From assembly GCA_000092065.1 (NCBI GenBank), contig CP000581.1: DNA of 64,000 nt. One strand, 5' to 3'. How positions within the stretch are numbered: position 1 is the first letter of the stretch; each line of letters begins with the position of its first letter. The translations under genes were made by a program, and so were the position numbers. The notes under the pieces were generated by a model. The model did no database searches. It was given only the letters and a program-made list of their open reading frames with translations, and had not been told where the DNA came from. Source of the DNA: Ostreococcus lucimarinus. Its lineage: Eukaryota. Below, in pieces: positions 40,434 through 50,594 of this stretch.

Positions 40434-43400
40434 TTACAGCTCATCTTTCACGTCTTCTGTTTTATCGCCGACGCGCATGCGTTCTTCGACTCGTTCGGTG
40501 AACGCGCGAACCTCCGCGTCCAAACCTGGCCACTCTTGAACGATGCGTCGCGCGCCTTCAAGTTTTGGCTCCTTCGTGAGCGGGTTGTTACACAAATCGA
40601 TCGTCTTCGCCGCAGATTTGGTCTCATTCCCACACCACGATTCGCACCACAGCCAGGGCTGCGGTAACGAAAAGATTGGCACGTCGTGCTGCGCGTAGTT
40701 TGGCAAGTCTTGATCGAGGTTCGCCAACGAACCCGGATCTCGCGAAAGTTGGTCGTACATAACTCTCAATCTATCGCCAGCCGCCATAGCGCGAAAACGA
40801 TCGAGATCCACGACGTACAGCGCACTAATATGGTACGGCCTACCTCGTAAGTGATCTCGCCAGAAGCCCTGTTTCCAAAATCTAAAGCCTTCCATTTCTT
40901 TGTTGTTGTCGCACATCGGCGTGTACCCGTACGGCGCACCGTGAAGATCCATGGTCCAAAGTTCGCTCATATCCGCTCGAACAATTTGATCGGCATCGAC
41001 AAAAATAACTTTGTTGAGCTCGAGTGGGAACAGTACGTCGAGGAACAGAATCTTATACGCCCAGATGATTCTTTGCTTCTCCGTTTGCTTGTTCAGCCAC
41101 GTCGGCCACTTGTAGCTCACGAGCTCATACTCAAAGTCGTACTCCTTTGCCATGTACGGTAAGAAATCTTTAAAGGACGGCGAAAGCCAGTTTTTGATGA
41201 ACCAGAATTTCACCGGATTCTTCGTCGAGCGCTTGACGGATGCCATCATAATTTTCAAGAATCGCTCGTACAGATGACCGGAGGCAACGCTAAAGATGTG
41301 AATACGGTCTGCCTCCTTCGTCCTCTTGAATACACTCGACAACCATCCACTATTGTCTGAGGTTGAAACTTCGTCGAGTACGTCAAGATCTTCCTTACCT
41401 TTCCGTCTCGCAAGAGATACGTCAAGTTGCCGCCCTCTGAAAGAGTCCACTAATACGTCGACGGTGGATTCGTCGTGCGAAAGCGTCAAGTCTCGCGCCT
41501 CCGAGTCGAGAAGATCTTTCACCTGAAGAAATGCGAATATGTCCGACGATCTACCAGCTCGAAGTGACAACTTGTGCATTCCAGGTGAGGCTGGAAGCTG
41601 AAAATAACCCAAGTTCGACATCACGATTGTGCCTGGATTCACGGCCACGCTCTTATCCTCGAGCACGAACTGTGTCCCTCTCGCCGGTTGACCCGTGTTG
41701 TGATCACTTGCGTGGCCAGTGACTAGCAGAGACTCGAGCAAGTACTCTGCGTGCACAGTCTTCTCCTTGATGTCTTTGAGAATCAGGTTATCCAAATCAT
41801 ATGCCGCCCTGTGAGTCGTCACCATCCACGCTTCTGGGAAATCTACGTGCATCGTGAGCGTCTTGTGGGTCGGAACATTGGTGATGAATGCACGAGGTGA
41901 TTCCGTCATCGACGACGGTGGCGCAACATAGCGGTAGTACGACTTCAACGGTAAATCCTGCAAATTCGTCATGGGATTAAGGACGACTCGAATGGTCACC
42001 GCTTCTGGCAATCGGTCTCGAAGTAGCGCGAGCACCGGCGCGACGCGTTGCGCCTCCTTACTCAAAGGATCGAGAATGGCCTCAATCTGAACGATAGTTC
42101 CGGAGCCAGTGACAAAACTTGTTGCTTTCGCGTCGTTAATGATTTCCTCCAAACTTTCCACCGTTCGCTTCGTGGATGCGCCGGCTTGTTTCATCGCAAC
42201 AATTGCTGCGGCGTCTGAGATGATGGTCGACAACAAAGCCGGTTCCATCTCCTCGGCGTCTGAGAGGATTTCTTCTTTCACCACGTCGAATACCATTTTA
42301 GATGTTTTTGTCATCTCGATGGCGGCGAGAACGTCCAGGTCTTCGGCATCCATTTGACATTGTCTGGCCATCAGATCCAGGACCCTTCCATTCGCAATAA
42401 CGGCGCACTTCGATGTCAAGTCGTAATGAGCCAGTAGTCGAAGACTTTGCGTCGCGACGTCGGCAAAAATCGTCTCGTCGCTATACAGTCGCTTAAAATC
42501 GACCAAATTCAGCCCCATTCGCTCCGCCGCATCCTCGGGCTTCACATCTTCTGCCAAGAGTTGCTCAACGAAATTGGCAATCTTAGCCCGTCGCGTAGGC
42601 AGATGCAACGCGGCTTGAATCGCGCGCGAGCGCGCTCCCATCGTCGCAGCTGCCGATGGATGAACTACTGTAAATCGCGAAAGCGAACCAGATTCGGACA
42701 ACACGTGCTTTGCAGCCGCCAGGATCAAAAGTGCGCCCCTATCACTGTCAGCGTTGGCTACGACGACGATGGACATACCTTTCACTTCGTCTGCATCGCC
42801 GCCTTGAGCGTACTTGAGCGAAGCGATTGACGAACGGTCGATGGGTAATCGATACACCGGTGCGACATCATCCTCATCCAATATCCAAGGAACATACTTA
42901 GAAACCGCTCCTTCTTGCATGAACTTCGCCACATTTTCGAGCAGGGCGCCGGCAAGTTTTCCCGCAACAACGAGTCTTCGAACTTTCTCCATCTCCTGGC
43001 GCAAGTGGTGCGATACCATTTGCTCCAACGATGCGCGATACGCCATACCTTGCGATTCATCGACGTACACACCGTTCAATACGAACGACTGTGTCATCAA
43101 GCCTTTCGCCTTCACGGCGGCGCGGACTTCGTCGATGTACTTGTCGATGCTCGTTGACGAACGAGATGCGAACTCTTCGAGCAACGTCACCGCATCAAAT
43201 TCGAGATCATCGGCAAATTCTGACAGTGTTTTCTCGAACGCATCCATCGCACCTTCCCAAGACGGCGGAGAATATACCGCGGGCGCGAAGTACGACGGTG
43301 GTCTTTCTTCCGTACGACTTTGCGCTACGTAAGACATGAAATTGTGCTGTGCGACAGGCCCATATTCGCGCAATAAGTAATTTGCGGCACGTGCAACGCG

Positions 43401-45071
43401 ACGTCCGAAAACTAGGTCCGTTTGCTTCGCAAACGTCTGAGCGAGGACGGGATCAGGGTTATCTAACCCTGTGACGACGACTTGAGCCATTCGCACCGGT
43501 ACTTTGTGATCGTAGAAATGGGACATCATCCCAACCATATCCCACGTCGACATGTCTGACGGATCCAGGAAAACGGCCATATTGTAGAGATTGTACCTCA
43601 CTTTCGGAAATCCGCCTCGCGAAGGTTCGAGCAACGTTTTCAAATTCCTAGTCCACGAAGCGAACTTCGCGTCGGCCTCGATGTCGTTGTAAAACAGGAT
43701 TGCCGGGTTCGTCACGTCAATCTTGACCTCAGAGCTTCGCTGCTTTTTGGGCAAGCGAAGAAGCCTTGAAACGCTCGATTGCGGCAACCCAAGACGACGA
43801 AGCGCAGCGGCGTGCTGTACCTCCTTTGATATGGTCTCCGTCAAGGTGTAGATGTCGATGGTGTCGAGTTCTAAATTCTCGCCGTTGAGCGACATGATCA
43901 ACCCTCCGGGACGCATGTTTTTGCGATTTTTCGTCACTTCATTAACGATTGTCGAATTCAGTTTCATGCGAGACAATGAGTTCGCTAAAGAAGGGAAATT
44001 TTGCGAGAGCTCGACCAGGGCTCGGAGAGGATCGTCGGAGAGCGAGATGCGCTGCGTCGCCTGCAAGCCTAAATCCTTGATATCCCACAATTTCAGAGGC
44101 GCATCCGAGGTCAGCTCCGACTTTCCAACCATCGCGTCGCGAAATGCGCGTAGACCATCGACTTCGTTCGGATATCTCTTTGCTAATGTAGCGAAATTAA
44201 ATCCCGACACGCTCTCGTCTGCGAGCTCGTCGCCGAGCGGCGCCGACGCGTCGTCGTCCGCATCAGCCTCTTCGGCCTTGACCTTGCTATCATCAATCGC
44301 CTTGTACTCCATATTTTTCACCGCGAGCTCGACACCGAATCCGGCCAGGCGCAAGTTGGCGTCGTCAGACGCCCCGAACGCAGCGCACGAATCTCTTCTC
44401 GCGCACGCCGTCTCGAACAGTACCGGTCTTAAAACGTAGTTCACCAGACCGGACTCGCTCGCATCGACTAAAACGCGGTGCATCGAGTTAAAACACGCCG
44501 TCCCGGGCGCGGCGTACGCGAAAGCCGTCGGCAACGTCGCATTGAGCGCACCGCCGTACGTCGCGTCGCGTTCCGTCGCGCTCCCGCTCGCGCTCGCCGC
44601 GCCCGCGCGCACCGCCCCCTCCAGCGCCCCCGTGTCGTCATACACCGCCCCCCCCAACTCCACGCGACAGCATCCACCGCTCGCATCGCTCAGCGCCGCC
44701 GCCATCGTCCGAAAACTCGCCAGTCTCGGCGAGTACGCTCGCGCGCCGCGCGCCAATCCCAACGCCCGCGCGCGTCCATCGTCCCCGAGCGCCCGTCGTC
44801 CCGCCTCGTCCACGCGCGCCTCGCACGTCGCGTCATCGCTCGCGTCGCCATCGATCGGCGCGTCCAGATCGTCGACGAGCGTCCAGAACGCCGCGCCATC
44901 GACGTCCGCGACGCCGACCAGCGTTTCCAACGCGAACGACGTCGCGCGCCATCCCGCGCGCAGCGCGACGTCGATCGATTTCGCGCCCGCCGCGCCGCGC
45001 GCGAGCGCGCACGCGACGAGCAGCGACGCGATCGCGCGGCGCGCGCGCGCGCGCGGCGTCTCGACGCGCAT
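40434..45071 (-). CDS. UDP-glucose:glycoprotein glucosyltransferase (UGGT, ER folding sensor) with a signal peptide and a C-terminal KDEL
   Basis: 1545 aa. N-terminal signal (MRVETPRARARRAIASLLVACALARGAAGA). C-terminal GT8-like catalytic domain (FVDADQIVRADMSELW...LWCESWCG). The last four residues are KDEL. Confidence 0.85.
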   Translation of the reverse strand: MRVETPRARARRAIASLLVACALARGAAGAKSIDVALRAGWRATSFALETLVGVADVDGAAFWTLVDDLDAPIDGDASDDATCEARVDEAGRRALGDDGRARALGLARGARAYSPRLASFRTMAAALSDASGGCCRVELGGAVYDDTGALEGAVRAGAASASGSATERDATYGGALNATLPTAFAYAAPGTACFNSMHRVLVDASESGLVNYVLRPVLFETACARRDSCAAFGASDDANLRLAGFGVELAVKNMEYKAIDDSKVKAEEADADDDASAPLGDELADESVSGFNFATLAKRYPNEVDGLRAFRDAMVGKSELTSDAPLKLWDIKDLGLQATQRISLSDDPLRALVELSQNFPSLANSLSRMKLNSTIVNEVTKNRKNMRPGGLIMSLNGENLELDTIDIYTLTETISKEVQHAAALRRLGLPQSSVSRLLRLPKKQRSSEVKIDVTNPAILFYNDIEADAKFASWTRNLKTLLEPSRGGFPKVRYNLYNMAVFLDPSDMSTWDMVGMMSHFYDHKVPVRMAQVVVTGLDNPDPVLAQTFAKQTDLVFGRRVARAANYLLREYGPVAQHNFMSYVAQSRTEERPPSYFAPAVYSPPSWEGAMDAFEKTLSEFADDLEFDAVTLLEEFASRSSTSIDKYIDEVRAAVKAKGLMTQSFVLNGVYVDESQGMAYRASLEQMVSHHLRQEMEKVRRLVVAGKLAGALLENVAKFMQEGAVSKYVPWILDEDDVAPVYRLPIDRSSIASLKYAQGGDADEVKGMSIVVVANADSDRGALLILAAAKHVLSESGSLSRFTVVHPSAAATMGARSRAIQAALHLPTRRAKIANFVEQLLAEDVKPEDAAERMGLNLVDFKRLYSDETIFADVATQSLRLLAHYDLTSKCAVIANGRVLDLMARQCQMDAEDLDVLAAIEMTKTSKMVFDVVKEEILSDAEEMEPALLSTIISDAAAIVAMKQAGASTKRTVESLEEIINDAKATSFVTGSGTIVQIEAILDPLSKEAQRVAPVLALLRDRLPEAVTIRVVLNPMTNLQDLPLKSYYRYVAPPSSMTESPRAFITNVPTHKTLTMHVDFPEAWMVTTHRAAYDLDNLILKDIKEKTVHAEYLLESLLVTGHASDHNTGQPARGTQFVLEDKSVAVNPGTIVMSNLGYFQLPASPGMHKLSLRAGRSSDIFAFLQVKDLLDSEARDLTLSHDESTVDVLVDSFRGRQLDVSLARRKGKEDLDVLDEVSTSDNSGWLSSVFKRTKEADRIHIFSVASGHLYERFLKIMMASVKRSTKNPVKFWFIKNWLSPSFKDFLPYMAKEYDFEYELVSYKWPTWLNKQTEKQRIIWAYKILFLDVLFPLELNKVIFVDADQIVRADMSELWTMDLHGAPYGYTPMCDNNKEMEGFRFWKQGFWRDHLRGRPYHISALYVVDLDRFRAMAAGDRLRVMYDQLSRDPGSLANLDQDLPNYAQHDVPIFSLPQPWLWCESWCGNETKSAAKTIDLCNNPLTKEPKLEGARRIVQEWPGLDAEVRAFTERVEERMRVGDKTEDVKDEL

Positions 45072-45085
45072 CGCCGCGCGGATGA

Positions 45086-45733
45086 GTGACGCGCCGGCGC
45101 GCGCGGCGTCATCTCTCGACGCGCGACGCGTCGCGCGGACGCGCGCGCGCGCGACGCGACGCGATGGTGCTCGGCGTGTCCACGACGACGCTCGTGCTCG
45201 CGATCGGCGCCGGCGCGCTGGCGCTCGGGCCGAGAGACGTCCCGGTGGCGGCGAAATTCTTGGGAAGACTCACGGGACGCGCGGTGGCGCACGTCGGCGG
45301 CGTCGCGCGCGCGATCGAGCGCGCGACGAACGAGCGGGAGCTGCGAGGGATACGCGCGGAGGTGCGAGCGTCGATGAAGGACCTGCGAGGGGTGGCGCGG
45401 GAGATCGAGCGGGAGTTGACGCCGTCGGGACGGCGCGGCGAGGACGAGGGCGAGGGCGAACGCGAGGGCGGGACGAGCGCGACGGCGACGACGGCGACGT
45501 CGAGGGACGATTCGAGGACGTCGACGTCGGCGAGATACGAACGGGTGATTCCGGTGAGCGCGCGCGCGGTCGGGGCGACGCCGGCGAGCGGCGGGTTCGG
45601 CGTCGCCGGTTCCGAAGTGCTCGCGGCGAGTTTTAAAGAGCGCGAGGTCGCGCTCAAGGCGGCGCGGTTGATGGAGAGCGGCGCGATCGATGACTATTTA
45701 GCGAAGCGCGAGCGCGAGGGGGGCACCGAGTAG
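45086..45733 (+). CDS. TatB/Hcf106-family protein (twin-arginine translocase component) with an Arg-rich N-terminal presequence
   Basis: MVLGVSTTTLVLAIGAGALALGPRDVPVAAKFLGRLTGRAV matches the TatB TM/hinge/amphipathic-helix signature (…LGPxxLPxxxKxxG…) and is most like proteobacterial/mitochondrial TatB. The presequence is MTRRRARRHLSTRDASRGRARARRDA. The start lies 14 bp from the divergent UGGT start. Confidence 0.5.
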   Translation: MTRRRARRHLSTRDASRGRARARRDAMVLGVSTTTLVLAIGAGALALGPRDVPVAAKFLGRLTGRAVAHVGGVARAIERATNERELRGIRAEVRASMKDLRGVAREIERELTPSGRRGEDEGEGEREGGTSATATTATSRDDSRTSTSARYERVIPVSARAVGATPASGGFGVAGSEVLAASFKEREVALKAARLMESGAIDDYLAKREREGGTE

Positions 45734-45838
45734 AGACGCGGACGAAGCGCGCTGCGGTAGTAGGGACTTAGACGAATAGCAAAGAAACGGTGTGGTAAAA
45801 ACATACTTGCCAGTATCAACGAAAATCAACTCCGCGCT

Positions 45839-46579
45839 CTAAAGCTTGTCGAGAATGTGCTCGGTGACTTGCTTGCGAGTGTCCTCGGGCGACGTCACGG
45901 TGTGCCCGATCGTCTTCGGAGACTCGAAAATCTCGTGGTCGTTACCGCCCGGGTACGTCTTGTCGCCGAAGAAGTGAATGACGTCGAAGTCGTTCTCCAC
46001 GAATTGCAAGCAGTACGTCTTATCCCATCCCTGCGGGAACACGTCGAACGAAATCTGTCCCCCGATGGAGTACGTCAGCCCGTAATCCGCGAATTCTTTG
46101 CGCAGAGTCTCCACCATCGCCTTGCGCACGCCCGCCTTTTCGTCAAAGCGCTCGAACTCGTCCCGCTCCTCCTGACTGCAATTTCTCCCGATCGGCGACA
46201 CGTTCAGCATCCCCGCCCTGAACTCGATGAACGTCCCCCGCTTCACCGGGACGTCCAAATCCGCCACGTAGTGCAGCACAAAGTTAATAAACCGCTTCAA
46301 CTTGTCCTCGCCCAGAAACGCCTTGAGCGACTGCTTCGCCAGGAGCGCGCCATCCTTGTACGCCACCAGCCCGTTCTCCGAGAACAAGTACGCGTACTCC
46401 CGCTCCACGCCCTCGCCGAGCTGTTCGGAGATCTTCACCAGATCCGACCCGCCCACGATCCCGACCGTCACCCTCGACCGCAGATCCTCCATGAAGCGCT
46501 TCATGACGTCGTCCGCCTCCTTTCGCGGCACCGTCAGCGTGCCGTCGACGTCGAACAGCGCGAGCACGCGCGGCGACAT
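45839..46579 (-). CDS. PMM: Phosphomannomutase (eukaryotic PMM, HAD superfamily)
   Basis: [20 protein letters not shown] (HAD motif I DVDGT) through HILDKL. 246 aa collinear with PMM1/2. The track ORF continues upstream to 47278 through microsatellite DNA. ATG at 46577-46579. Confidence 0.85.
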   Translation of the reverse strand: MSPRVLALFDVDGTLTVPRKEADDVMKRFMEDLRSRVTVGIVGGSDLVKISEQLGEGVEREYAYLFSENGLVAYKDGALLAKQSLKAFLGEDKLKRFINFVLHYVADLDVPVKRGTFIEFRAGMLNVSPIGRNCSQEERDEFERFDEKAGVRKAMVETLRKEFADYGLTYSIGGQISFDVFPQGWDKTYCLQFVENDFDVIHFFGDKTYPGGNDHEIFESPKTIGHTVTSPEDTRKQVTEHILDKL

Positions 46580-46617
46580 GTCGCGGTGCGTTCGCGCGTT
46601 CGCCGTATCTCTCGCTC

Positions 46618-46666
46618 GCTCGCGTCGCGTCGCGTCGCGTCGCGTCGCGTCGCGTCCACGTGTGCG
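46618..46666. repeat. (CGCGT)n pentanucleotide microsatellite, about 9 units, immediately upstream of the PMM start
   Basis: cgcgtcgcgtcgcgtcgcgt... seen directly. Confidence 0.8.
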
Positions 46667-46740
46667 GCGCGCGGACGGCCGCACCGCACACCGCACGCCG
46701 CACGCCGTCGTCGTCGTCGTCGCCGATCGGTCGCCCGCGC

Positions 46741-46767
46741 GTCGGTCGGTCGGTCGGTCGGTCGGTT
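46741..46767. repeat. (GTCG)n tetranucleotide microsatellite, about 6 units
   Basis: gtcggtcggtcggtcggtcggtcgg. Confidence 0.8.
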
Positions 46768-46800
46768 TCGTTTCCGTCGCGCGCGCGTCGTCGTCGCGGC

Positions 46801-46846
46801 CGCCGGACCGCCGGACCGCCGGACCGCCGGACCGCCGGTCCGCCGG
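46801..46846. repeat. (CCGGACCG)n octamer repeat, 4-5 units
   Basis: ccggaccgccggaccgccggaccgccggaccgccggtccgccgg. Confidence 0.8.
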
Positions 46847-47152
46847 TCGCGCGCGCGGTCGCGTCGGCATCTTGCGCGCCACCGCGCGCGCGTCGACGCG
46901 CGGCGCCTCGGCGAGGTCCCGCGCGCGACGCGGACGCGCGCGCGTCGTCGACGCGCGTCCGACGCGCGCCGTCGCGCCGTCGCGCCGTCGCGCGCGTCGT
47001 CGCCGTCGCCGTCGCGCGCGGCGTCGCCGTCGGCGACCGACCGCGCGTGGTCCGACCGACCGCGCGGATAAGCCGGAAAAACCCACCGACCGAGGGTCGC
47101 GACTCGATCGAGACCCCCTCGGGGTGACGACGTATGCGCGCCAGTGCGAACG

Positions 47153-47162
47153 CATATATACC
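47153..47162 (+). promoter_or_regulatory. TATA-like element (CATATATAC) about 140 bp upstream of the candidate first enolase exon
   Basis: cgcatatatacctccc is isolated AT-rich sequence in a GC-rich region. Position fits a core promoter for a transcript starting before 47299. Confidence 0.3.
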
Positions 47163-47298
47163 TCCCGCGCGCGCCCCACACGGGCGAAACGCGCGCGCAG
47201 TACGCCCCCGCGCGCCGCGGTCGCGCGCGGCGCGTGAGGGCTTGCGCCGGCGCGCCGTCGCGGCGCCCGACGCCGCACACGACGACGCGACGCGCGCG

Positions 47299-47403
47299 AT
47301 GAGCGTTCAGGAGTACATCGAGAAGCACGATCTCACGAAGAAGATCGAGGAGGCGCTCAACGCCGCGGTCAAGGCCAAGGCGGATGAGCCGCTCGCGTTC
47401 GTG
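47299..47403 (+). CDS. Candidate 5' exon encoding a DPY-30/RIIa-like dimerisation-docking motif ([35 protein letters not shown]), proposed to splice onto the enolase exon
   Basis: ATG ORF on the enolase strand. It ends at a donor-like site (ttc gtg|GTGCGCG). An acceptor-like gcgcgcag| sits at 47806-47808, 10 nt before the enolase ATG, and the junction is in-frame. The sequence resembles the DPY-30 motif (xYLxxxVxPxLxxGLxxLAKxRPxxPIxFLAxYL). Confidence 0.35.
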
Positions 47404-47587
47404 GTGCGCGCGACGCGACGCGATTGACGCGCGAACGCGATGGATGCGCGCGACCGCGGCGCGACGTCGAGGGCGAAGGGCGACGCGCGCGAAGGCGCGC
47501 GAAGGCGCGCGAGCGATGCGTTCGATGGCGTGGAAAACGTGCGGGCGAATGGGACGGGACGCGGGATCGGTGCGAGCGCGCGCGCGC

Positions 47588-47597
47588 GGGGGGGGGG
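47588..47597. repeat. G10 homopolymer inside the candidate enolase intron
   Basis: cgcgcgcggggggggggtcg. Confidence 0.7.
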
Positions 47598-47817
47598 TCG
47601 TTACGATCGCGGGAGGCGATCGGGTGTCTGGATAAAAGCGCGCGGCGCGCGCGGGCGATCGCGCTCGCGGAGGGGTGGGCGGGGCGAACGCCGTCGCCGT
47701 TCGGGATCGGGCGTGGAGGATTCGGGCGCGAAGATGCGTCGCGCGGCGACGCGGCGCGACGAAAAGACGATTGACTGACGATTCGACGAATGCTTACGAC
47801 GCGCGCAGAGCGAGTAC

Positions 47818-49137
47818 ATGAAAAAGCGCACGACGCCCGCCATCACGAAGGTCGTCGGTCGCCAAATTTTTGACTCTCGCGGTAACCCGACGGTTGAAGC
47901 CGATGTGTACACGCACAAGGGTATGTTCCGCGCCATGGTGCCGAGTGGTGCGTCCACGGGTATCTACGAAGCCGTGGAACTTCGCGACGGCGGCAAGGAA
48001 TACATGGGCAAGGGCGTCATGCAAGCCGTGAAGAACTTGAACGAAATCATCGCCCCGGCGCTCATCGGCAAGGACCCGCGCGACCAAAAGGCGATCGATG
48101 ATTTCATGTGCAAAGATCTCGACGGTACGGACAACAAGGGCAAGCTCGGCGCCAACGCCGTGCTCGCGGTTTCCATGGCCGTCGCCAAGGCTGGCGCCGC
48201 CGAGAAGGACGTGCCGCTCTACCAACACATCGCCGACCTCGCCGGTAACGGCAAGTTGGTGCTCCCGGTGCCGGCGTTCAACGTCATCAACGGTGGTTCC
48301 CACGCTGGTAACAAGCTCGCCATGCAAGAGTTCATGATCTTGCCGGTCGGGGCTTCCTCCTTCAAGGAGGCGATGCAAATGGGCTCCGAAGTCTACCACA
48401 ACTTGAAGTCGGTCATCAAGAAGAAGTACGGCCAAGATGCGTGCAACGTCGGTGACGAAGGTGGCTTCGCCCCGAACATTCAAGACAACAAGGAAGGTCT
48501 CGACCTCCTCGTTGAAGCGATCGAAAAGGCTGGCTACACCGGTAAGATGAAGATCGGTATGGACGTCGCCGCGTCTGAATTCTTGACCGAAGACAAGTGC
48601 TACGATCTCGACTTCAAGACCGAAGGCAACGACGGTTCCATGAAGAAGACTGGTGCCGAGATGATCGACTTGTACCAAGAGTTCATCAGCGAGTACCCGA
48701 TGATCTCCATCGAGGATCCGTTCGACCAAGACGACGCTGAAAACACCGCCGCGCTCACGGCGAAGAACAACTGCCAAATCGTCGGCGACGACTTGTTGGT
48801 GACCAACCCGAAGCGCGTGCAAGCCGCCATCGACGGCAAGTGGTGCAACGCCCTCTTGCTCAAGGTGAACCAAATCGGCACCATCTCCGAGTCCATCGAG
48901 GCCGTCGGCATGTCCAAGAAGGCTGGCTGGGGTGTCATGGCTTCCCACCGCTCCGGCGAAACCGAAGATTCCTTCATCGCCGATCTCGCCGTGGGCTTGT
49001 CCACCGGTCAAATCAAGACGGGCGCCCCGTGCCGCTCCGAGCGTTTGGCCAAGTACAACCAGCTCTTGCGCATCGAAGAAGAACTCGGTGACAAGGCTGT
49101 CTACGCCGGCGCGTCGTACAAGCACATTGCTTGGTAA
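47818..49137 (+). CDS. ENO: Enolase (2-phospho-D-glycerate hydro-lyase)
   Basis: [27 protein letters not shown], the metal/substrate blocks [14 protein letters not shown] and SHRSGETED, and a C-terminal [13 protein letters not shown]. 439 aa from ATG 47818. Confidence 0.9.
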   Translation: MKKRTTPAITKVVGRQIFDSRGNPTVEADVYTHKGMFRAMVPSGASTGIYEAVELRDGGKEYMGKGVMQAVKNLNEIIAPALIGKDPRDQKAIDDFMCKDLDGTDNKGKLGANAVLAVSMAVAKAGAAEKDVPLYQHIADLAGNGKLVLPVPAFNVINGGSHAGNKLAMQEFMILPVGASSFKEAMQMGSEVYHNLKSVIKKKYGQDACNVGDEGGFAPNIQDNKEGLDLLVEAIEKAGYTGKMKIGMDVAASEFLTEDKCYDLDFKTEGNDGSMKKTGAEMIDLYQEFISEYPMISIEDPFDQDDAENTAALTAKNNCQIVGDDLLVTNPKRVQAAIDGKWCNALLLKVNQIGTISESIEAVGMSKKAGWGVMASHRSGETEDSFIADLAVGLSTGQIKTGAPCRSERLAKYNQLLRIEEELGDKAVYAGASYKHIAW

Positions 49138-49436
49138 ACGCGCGTTAGGACACGCTCGGCACAATTACGTTTGTGCGCGCGTCGAGCGCCCCAGTCGCTC
49201 GTCGCGCCCCGCGATCGCGCTTTGCTTTGCCTTTGCTTGCATTAGAGCCACACCTTTCATATAATCCAACACAATTAGAAAAGCAACTCTACGCGTCGCC
49301 GTTCCCGAAAACGCGGGGGCAGGGTGCCGTTTTCTGTCCCGATGGAGGCCCCCAAGATGACGTTTCGCCCAATCGCGTCGACGCGACCGCACAGCGCGAC
49401 GCGACCGCGCAGTGCGAAGGCGCGCCGGCGGTGGAA

Positions 49437-50198
49437 ATGTCCTCGCTCGAGCGCGCGTCGCGCTCGAGCGCGCGCGCGGCGTCCGCGCGCGAGGACGCGA
49501 CGCGCGACGTCGCCGCGACGATTCAAGACAAAGATATTTTCGTCAAAGAATCCGCGTCGAAGGCGGCGTCGAACGCGCGCGACGGCGCGCGCGAACGCGA
49601 GTACGCGCGCGCGATGAAAGCAGACGTCGTCTGCGGCGGCGACGGACGCGCGGGAAAGAGTCGAAGCGCGCGCGGACGGGGACGGCGACGCGGCGCGAGG
49701 CGGTTGCTCGACGAGGCGTCGGCGTCGACGTCGCGATCGAGCGATCCCGGCGCGGACGCGCGATCGATGGTGAAGAACGAGGCGTTACTGGCGAGAGAGC
49801 GCGAATGCGCGGTGCGCGACGAGATCTGGGCGACGAGACTCGAGGACGACGAGACGACGGGGTACGACTTCGAAGCCACGCTCGAAGAACTTTGGATGGA
49901 TTGGTGGTGGAAGATGAGTCGAGGCGAGCGTCTGAGCGCGGAAAAGGCGTCCGTGATGGACATGCTGACGGCGATCGTCAACGGCACGAGCTCGAGGGAC
50001 ATCGAAACCGGCGTGCGTCGCGTGAGCGTCGCCGAGGCGTCCGAGTCCTCCGACTGCCCGGTGTGTCTCGAAGACGACGACTCTCGCGCCGACATCGTCC
50101 GACTCACGCGCTGCGAGCACACGTTTCACATCGACTGCATCGCCCCGTGGCTCCAACGACACAAAACCTGCCCGAAATGCCGCGCGCGCGTGCGTTGA
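49437..50198 (+). CDS. RING-H2 zinc-finger protein (probable E3 ubiquitin ligase)
   Basis: C-terminal CPVCLEDDDSRADIVRLTRCEHTFHIDCIAPWLQRHKTCPKCR is a C3H2C3 RING-H2. First ATG at 49437; the track ORF starts on GTG at 49173. Confidence 0.55.
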   Translation: MSSLERASRSSARAASAREDATRDVAATIQDKDIFVKESASKAASNARDGAREREYARAMKADVVCGGDGRAGKSRSARGRGRRRGARRLLDEASASTSRSSDPGADARSMVKNEALLARERECAVRDEIWATRLEDDETTGYDFEATLEELWMDWWWKMSRGERLSAEKASVMDMLTAIVNGTSSRDIETGVRRVSVAEASESSDCPVCLEDDDSRADIVRLTRCEHTFHIDCIAPWLQRHKTCPKCRARVR

Positions 50199-50471
50199 CG
50201 CCGCCCGCTCGCCGCTCGCCGCCGTCGCCGACGCGTCGTCGACGCGAATAATTCATTGTAACGCTGTACCGCTATCCACCTCGTCTCTCGTTGTCATCCC
50301 TCGTCTTCCTTCGTCTTCACTCGCCCGCCGTTCGCCGTCGTCTCGCGCGTCCCTCGCCCTCGCCTCGTCTCGCTCGGACGCGCCGCGCGCCGCGCTCGCG
50401 GTTTCGAATGCCCGGCGCGCGTCCACCAGATTTCTCTCGCTCGCGTCCGCCGCACACCGCCCCGTCGCGAG

Positions 50472-50594
50472 ATGTCGCGCGCGCGCGCGCGCGACGACGC
50501 GCGCGCTGTCGACGTCGCCCTCGCGTCGCGCGCGCGCCTTCGCGCGGGCCTGTACAACGCGTCGAACACGTGTTACCTGAACGCCATCCTCCAG
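50472..50594 (+). CDS. Ubiquitin-specific protease, exon 1 (Cys box)
   Basis: MSRARARDDARAV...GLYNASNTCYLNAILQ is the USP catalytic Cys box. It is in a different frame from the long downstream ORF, which implies an intron or a frameshift after LQ. Confidence 0.6.

Noticed and set aside
45857-47328. Several 260-480-aa ORFs on both strands in the PMM upstream region
   Set aside because: They are built from the (CGCGT)n, (GTCG)n and (CCGGACCG)n microsatellites. They encode R/A/P/G runs, and homology to PMM ends at 46579.
47794-49164. 456-aa minus-strand ORF opposite enolase
   Set aside because: Antisense to a highly conserved enolase. Composition only.
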